A stretch of 29,969 bases of DNA from an uncultured archaeon (GTDB taxonomy: Archaea > CAYQAE01). Shown here one piece after another: positions 26,445 to 29,969 of the stretch (position 1 is its first letter; every line of letters begins with the position of its first letter). Location of the stretch: positions 2,032 through 32,000 of the forward strand of contig CAYQAE010000008.1 in the NCBI GenBank assembly GCA_964415445.1, read 5' to 3'. Both the position numbers and the translations under genes were made by a program. The notes beneath the pieces were generated by a model that saw only the letters and a program-made list of their open reading frames with translations, was not told the origin of the DNA and searched no databases.

Positions 26445-27716
26445 ATGGATAATACACTAGCACAAATTATAGCACTGACAATATTTGCTTTGGTATACTT
26501 TTTTATAGTAACTGAAAAAGTTCCTCGAGCTACAGCAACCCTAGCTGGTGGTCTTTTAGTTGTAGTTTTGGGAATTATTTCAGAAGAAGAAGCATTGGAT
26601 TCGGTTAATTTTGAAACTTTAGGTCTACTATTTGGGATGATGCTTTTGGTAGCAGTTTTGAGATTAAATAATTTTTTTCAATATGTCGCATACAAAACAT
26701 ATGGTCTATCTCCTCATAATCCTAAAAAAGCAATGGTCATATTTACTATAATTACAGCACTTCTATCTTCGGTCTTAGATAATGTAACTACAGTTCTTTT
26801 GATGATACCTGTAATTATTGAAATTACTAGAGCTTGGGGAGTTAAAGCTACACCTTTTTTAATTGCTGTAACTATTGCTTCAACTATTGGAGGCACAGCA
26901 ACTATGATTGGCGATCCTCCAAATACATTGATTGGAACTAATACTGATTTGACATTTAATGATTTTATAATTTATCTTGCACCCATAGTGTTCTCTTTAG
27001 TGATTGTTTTTGCATTTTTAGTTCCTAAATTTTATGGAGGCGAAATTCCGCATTTTTCAGCAACTAGATATTCAATAAGACATATGTTTGAGATATCTGA
27101 TCCAAAAACGATCAAAATTTGTTTAGCTGTTATGGGGTTAGCTATTATCTTATTTTTTGCACATAGTACATTAGGAGTATCGCCTGCTTTAATTGCAATA
27201 GGTAGTGCAACACTACTTTTAGTTGTAACACAAACTAGACCTACAGATGCATTTAGACATGTTGAATGGAATACTTTGGTTTTTTTCTCAGGTCTTTTTG
27301 TGTTAGTTGGGGCGTTAGAGGCGGCTGGAGTTACAGATAAACTTGCCAGTTGGTTATCTACAGCTTCTGGGGATAATCTTAGTTTGGCTATAATAATTAT
27401 TTTATGGGTAACAGCATTTTTGACTATGATTTTAAGTGCAGTACCTCTAACTTTACTTATGATACCTGTTATAATTGAATTAAGTCTAATTAGTGGGATG
27501 TCTGCTACTCCTCTTTTTTGGGCGTTGGCTTTAGGTGCTTGTTTGGGGGGTGCTGGCACATTAGTTGCATCAGCTGCTAATGTGGTGGTCTCAGATATAT
27601 CTGATCATTTTGGAGAAAAGATTACATTCAAAGAGTTCTTTAAGGTAGGATTTCCAATTACTATACTGAATTTAGCTATCTCTACAATTTATTTGATTAT
27701 AATTTATGGTCTTTAG
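26445..27716 (+). CDS. ArsB/NhaD-superfamily (CitMHS-like) anion/ion permease
   Basis: About 423 aa and highly hydrophobic, with roughly 10-12 TM helices. Signature GGTATMIGDPPNTLIG. The two halves show duplicated-repeat character (LLMIPVIIEI twice). A GAGGT SD lies upstream of the ATG at 26445. Confidence 0.82.
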   Translation: MDNTLAQIIALTIFALVYFFIVTEKVPRATATLAGGLLVVVLGIISEEEALDSVNFETLGLLFGMMLLVAVLRLNNFFQYVAYKTYGLSPHNPKKAMVIFTIITALLSSVLDNVTTVLLMIPVIIEITRAWGVKATPFLIAVTIASTIGGTATMIGDPPNTLIGTNTDLTFNDFIIYLAPIVFSLVIVFAFLVPKFYGGEIPHFSATRYSIRHMFEISDPKTIKICLAVMGLAIILFFAHSTLGVSPALIAIGSATLLLVVTQTRPTDAFRHVEWNTLVFFSGLFVLVGALEAAGVTDKLASWLSTASGDNLSLAIIIILWVTAFLTMILSAVPLTLLMIPVIIELSLISGMSATPLFWALALGACLGGAGTLVASAANVVVSDISDHFGEKITFKEFFKVGFPITILNLAISTIYLIIIYGL

Positions 27717-27809
27717 AAATATATTTTTCAAGGCAATATCTTATTTTATTACTAAATAAGTGCAAAACTTAATATAATTTTTTGACCAAAATATATATAG
27801 GAAATAAAA

Positions 27810-28754
27810 ATGGTGGAAAGAATACCTTCGGGTGTTTTGGGATTAGATCAATGTATCGATGGTGGATTTCTTCCTAATACATCTATAGCTGTATTAGGTG
27901 CCCCTGGAACAGGAAAAACAACAATAGCTTTACAATTCTTAAGTAAAAGTGTTGAAGAAGACGTGGGGGCAATATATGTTAGTTTAGAAGAATCTCAAGA
28001 AAATATAATTAAAAATGCAAAATTATTGAATTTTAATTGGATAGAATCAGGGATTACTTTTGTTAAAGCAAATGCACGAGATTTTCATGAGCACATCTAT
28101 GAATTACTCATCGATGAAGTTACTAAATGGAAAGAAATAAATGATAGCGAAGAACCCTTAAGGATCGCTGTAGATCCAATATCTCCTATATTGTGGAAAT
28201 CTGATGAAGCTGTGAAAAAGAGAGAAAAAATCGCCGATTTACTTAAAATGTTAACTAGTGTGGGCACAGTTTTATTAGTAACTGAAGAAGATTCTTCAAA
28301 TCCGTTAGGTGCTTTTGATTCTACACTTATTAAATATTTAGTAGATTCTGTGATAGATCTAAGATTTGTAGGACAAGGAAAGCAATATGATCATCTTTTA
28401 AGGATTTTAAAGATGAGAGGAACAGACCATGAGAGAGAATCGTTTCCTATACATTTTCTTAAAGGATTAGGTATTGTTCTTCAACTTAGAGATAAAACAA
28501 AAAAGAAAGTAAAAGGGGAGCCCATTCCAGATCATCTTATTAAAAAATTAGAAAATGTAGCTAATAACCTATCAGAAAAACAAAGAAAAATACTAACTGA
28601 AAGACTTTCTCCACTCTATAGCGGTAGAGAAGAATTACCTCATCTTCTGCCTCCAGAGATGATTATAGATAATTTAATTGAAGAGTATAGCAGAGATCAA
28701 AAGGAAGTTGAAAAAAAATCCTTACCTTTTAAGCAAAAATCGATGTGGAAATAA
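27810..28754 (+). CDS. KaiC-like / RecA-superfamily ATPase with C-terminal extension
   Basis: IPSGVLGLDQCIDGGFLPNTSIAVLGAPGTGKTTIALQF contains a canonical Walker A, GAPGTGKT, at 27897-27920. Walker B RIAVDPISPI. LRILKMRGTDHE is typical of single-domain archaeal KaiC homologues. An ~80-aa charged C-terminal tail has no recognisable domain. Confidence 0.85.
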   Translation: MVERIPSGVLGLDQCIDGGFLPNTSIAVLGAPGTGKTTIALQFLSKSVEEDVGAIYVSLEESQENIIKNAKLLNFNWIESGITFVKANARDFHEHIYELLIDEVTKWKEINDSEEPLRIAVDPISPILWKSDEAVKKREKIADLLKMLTSVGTVLLVTEEDSSNPLGAFDSTLIKYLVDSVIDLRFVGQGKQYDHLLRILKMRGTDHERESFPIHFLKGLGIVLQLRDKTKKKVKGEPIPDHLIKKLENVANNLSEKQRKILTERLSPLYSGREELPHLLPPEMIIDNLIEEYSRDQKEVEKKSLPFKQKSMWK

Positions 28755-28755
28755 C

Positions 28756-29292
28756 TTAGGTTATCTCTTCTAATTTTTTTTTATAGGTTGAATAGTCTTT
28801 TTTGCTAAATAAAACAAATTGAACTATTTTTATTTTGGTATTTGTATCTTTAATATAATCTATAACTGAATTAATTGCTACTTCAGATGCTTTATCTTTT
28901 GGATATCCATATATACCAGTACTTATAGATGGAAAACTAATTGAATCTAATTTTAAGTCATCTGTTTTTTTCAAAGAATTAACATAACAATTTTTGAGAT
29001 ATTTAGATTCTTTCCTACTTCCACCAGACCATATTGGTCCAACAGTATGGATTACATATTTTGAAGGCATATTCCCTGATGAAGTTATTCTGAATTCTCC
29101 AGTTGGGCATCCATCATATTTTTTACACTCTTCTAATATTTTAGGGCCACCTGCACGGTGTATTGCACCATCAACTCCACCTCCTCCGCGTAAAGAGTTG
29201 TTTGCTGCATTAACTATTGCATCAGTTTTTTGTTTAGTTATATCTCCTTCAACTAAACATATTTTTGTATTATTTATCTTTTTTTCAAACAT
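28756..29292 (-). CDS. Macro-domain protein (ADP-ribose / O-acetyl-ADP-ribose binding or deacetylase, YmdB/AF1521-like)
   Basis: VEGDITKQKTDAIVNAANNSLRGGGGVDGAIHRAGG, VIHTVGPIW, ISFPSISTGIYGYP. A GGTGGT SD lies upstream. Confidence 0.92.
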   Translation of the reverse strand: MFEKKINNTKICLVEGDITKQKTDAIVNAANNSLRGGGGVDGAIHRAGGPKILEECKKYDGCPTGEFRITSSGNMPSKYVIHTVGPIWSGGSRKESKYLKNCYVNSLKKTDDLKLDSISFPSISTGIYGYPKDKASEVAINSVIDYIKDTNTKIKIVQFVLFSKKDYSTYKKKLEEIT

Positions 29293-29304
29293 ATTACCAC
29301 CATA

Positions 29305-29520
29305 TTAATCTCTTTTTGCATATAATACCCATATTAGAAAACACAAAGAAGCGATAATAAAAAATAATATTATCCCAGTTATTGATGATAAAATGAACAA
29401 TAAAAGAGATGAATACAGAAATATATCTTTTTTTGATCTTTTGTGACTTTTATCTTCTTTTATTTCTGCTAATTGCCGACCAGCAGTATAATTATTTTTT
29501 TTCATAAGTATCGATATCAT
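29305..29520 (-). CDS. Small membrane protein, function unknown
   Basis: 71-aa ORF with a charged N-terminus and two C-terminal hydrophobic helices (IFLYSSLLLFILSSITGIILFFIIASLCFLIWVLY). It ends 12 nt upstream of the macro-domain gene on the same strand. Short, so coding status is uncertain. Confidence 0.45.
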   Translation of the reverse strand: MISILMKKNNYTAGRQLAEIKEDKSHKRSKKDIFLYSSLLLFILSSITGIILFFIIASLCFLIWVLYAKRD

Positions 29521-29729
29521 TAATTGATAAAGAAGTTAAAATATTTCAAAATAATTTTTCTCAAATATAAGGATCTCTATATATAATATATAGCTTAAAA
29601 TGCATAAAATCTTATTTTAAGGATTTTTAGTATTTTATTAATTATTTCACCTAAAATTATATATAGGTTATTTTTTTTGACATAAATTAAATATAAATAA
29701 GAAAAAAATTGATCTCAAGTGACTTGATT

Positions 29730-29969
29730 ATGAAAAATGAGTTAGAAAAAGTAAAAGAAGAAATTAAAAATTCTGTAAATGATGTTTTAGAAACAGGATA
29801 TATAGATGATAAGATTGCTGATAAAATTTTAAGATCAAATAAAATTTATAATGAAATTAATTCTCAAAAAGAAGATTTATCATATGATGAGAAAATAATT
29901 AATAATAGAATAAAAAAAGAGTTTGAAAAACTTGACCTCTTTTTTGAAGAGAGTGTGAGAATATTTAAT
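29730..29969 (+). CDS. 5' part of an ORF running off the window edge, hypothetical (Lys/Glu-rich, likely helical)
   Basis: From the ATG at 29730, 80 codons are open to the end of the window (MKNELEKVKEEIKNSVNDVLETGYIDDKIADKIL...). It is absent from the ORF track because it has no stop. It is preceded by a 209-nt AT-rich intergenic region. Confidence 0.4.
   Translation, partial: MKNELEKVKEEIKNSVNDVLETGYIDDKIADKILRSNKIYNEINSQKEDLSYDEKIINNRIKKEFEKLDLFFEESVRIFN

Noticed and set aside
27032-27559. 175-aa antisense ORF inside the permease gene. Other antisense or shadow ORFs in the track are 3026-3343, 5803-5991, 11891-12133, 14396-14671, 15579-15782, 16124-16339, 16376-16690, 18143-18325, 23805-24023, 24203-24478, 26219-26404, 26714-26896 and 28994-29308.
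   Set aside because: Each lies wholly within, or antisense to, a longer ORF that has clear family motifs. None has motifs or start-site signals of its own.
29577-29593. 17-nt perfect palindrome CTATATATAATATATAG in the 209-nt intergenic region before the last partial ORF
   Set aside because: Pure TA-repeat palindromes are expected by chance in such AT-rich spacers. It is most simply part of a TATA-box region and gives no evidence of an operator or repeat family.
1-29969. CRISPR arrays, rRNA genes, IS elements or terminal inverted repeats, and known defence-system signature genes
   Set aside because: No regularly spaced direct repeats, no rRNA-like GC-rich blocks, and no transposase, integrase, Cas or restriction-enzyme motifs were recognised on either strand.

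Overview
This is a visibly AT-rich archaeal chromosomal segment. All family calls come from motif recognition by eye; no homology search was run. The archaeal assignment rests on three intron-containing tRNA genes with bulge-helix-bulge (BHB) splice motifs, plus Pth2, topoisomerase VI subunit A, FAU-1 and Elp3. Finer taxonomy cannot be decided from the sequence alone.

Housekeeping genes:
- pth2, a GNAT N-acetyltransferase, and an IMPase/FBPase-family phosphatase
- a class I/II and a class V aminotransferase
- FAU-1, top6A, Elp3, a cold-shock protein, and a macro-domain protein

These surround an 11.2 kb accessory block (3536-14742). The block encodes two tandem, paralogous giant surface proteins of 2131 and about 1600 aa.
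- Each has a signal peptide and mosaic extracellular domains: Asp-box/propeller-like repeats, CARDB/Ig-like modules and a LamG pair.
- They share a C-terminal region, a single TM anchor and a conserved acidic cytoplasmic tail.
- A small Zn-ribbon protein and a KaiC/RecA-fold protein with a degenerate Walker A follow directly on the same strand. This block is my best candidate for an undescribed system.

Other notable items:
- tRNA-Ser(CGA) has a non-canonical intron in the D-arm.
- Two multi-zinc-ribbon, lysine-rich proteins are transcribed divergently.
- A tight cassette encodes ZnR-USP-like, USP-like and DUF47/PhoU-like proteins and an ArsB/NhaD-type permease.
- A second, canonical KaiC-like ATPase lies convergent with a small-membrane-protein/macro-domain pair.

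No CRISPR array, rRNA, transposase or integrase was seen.
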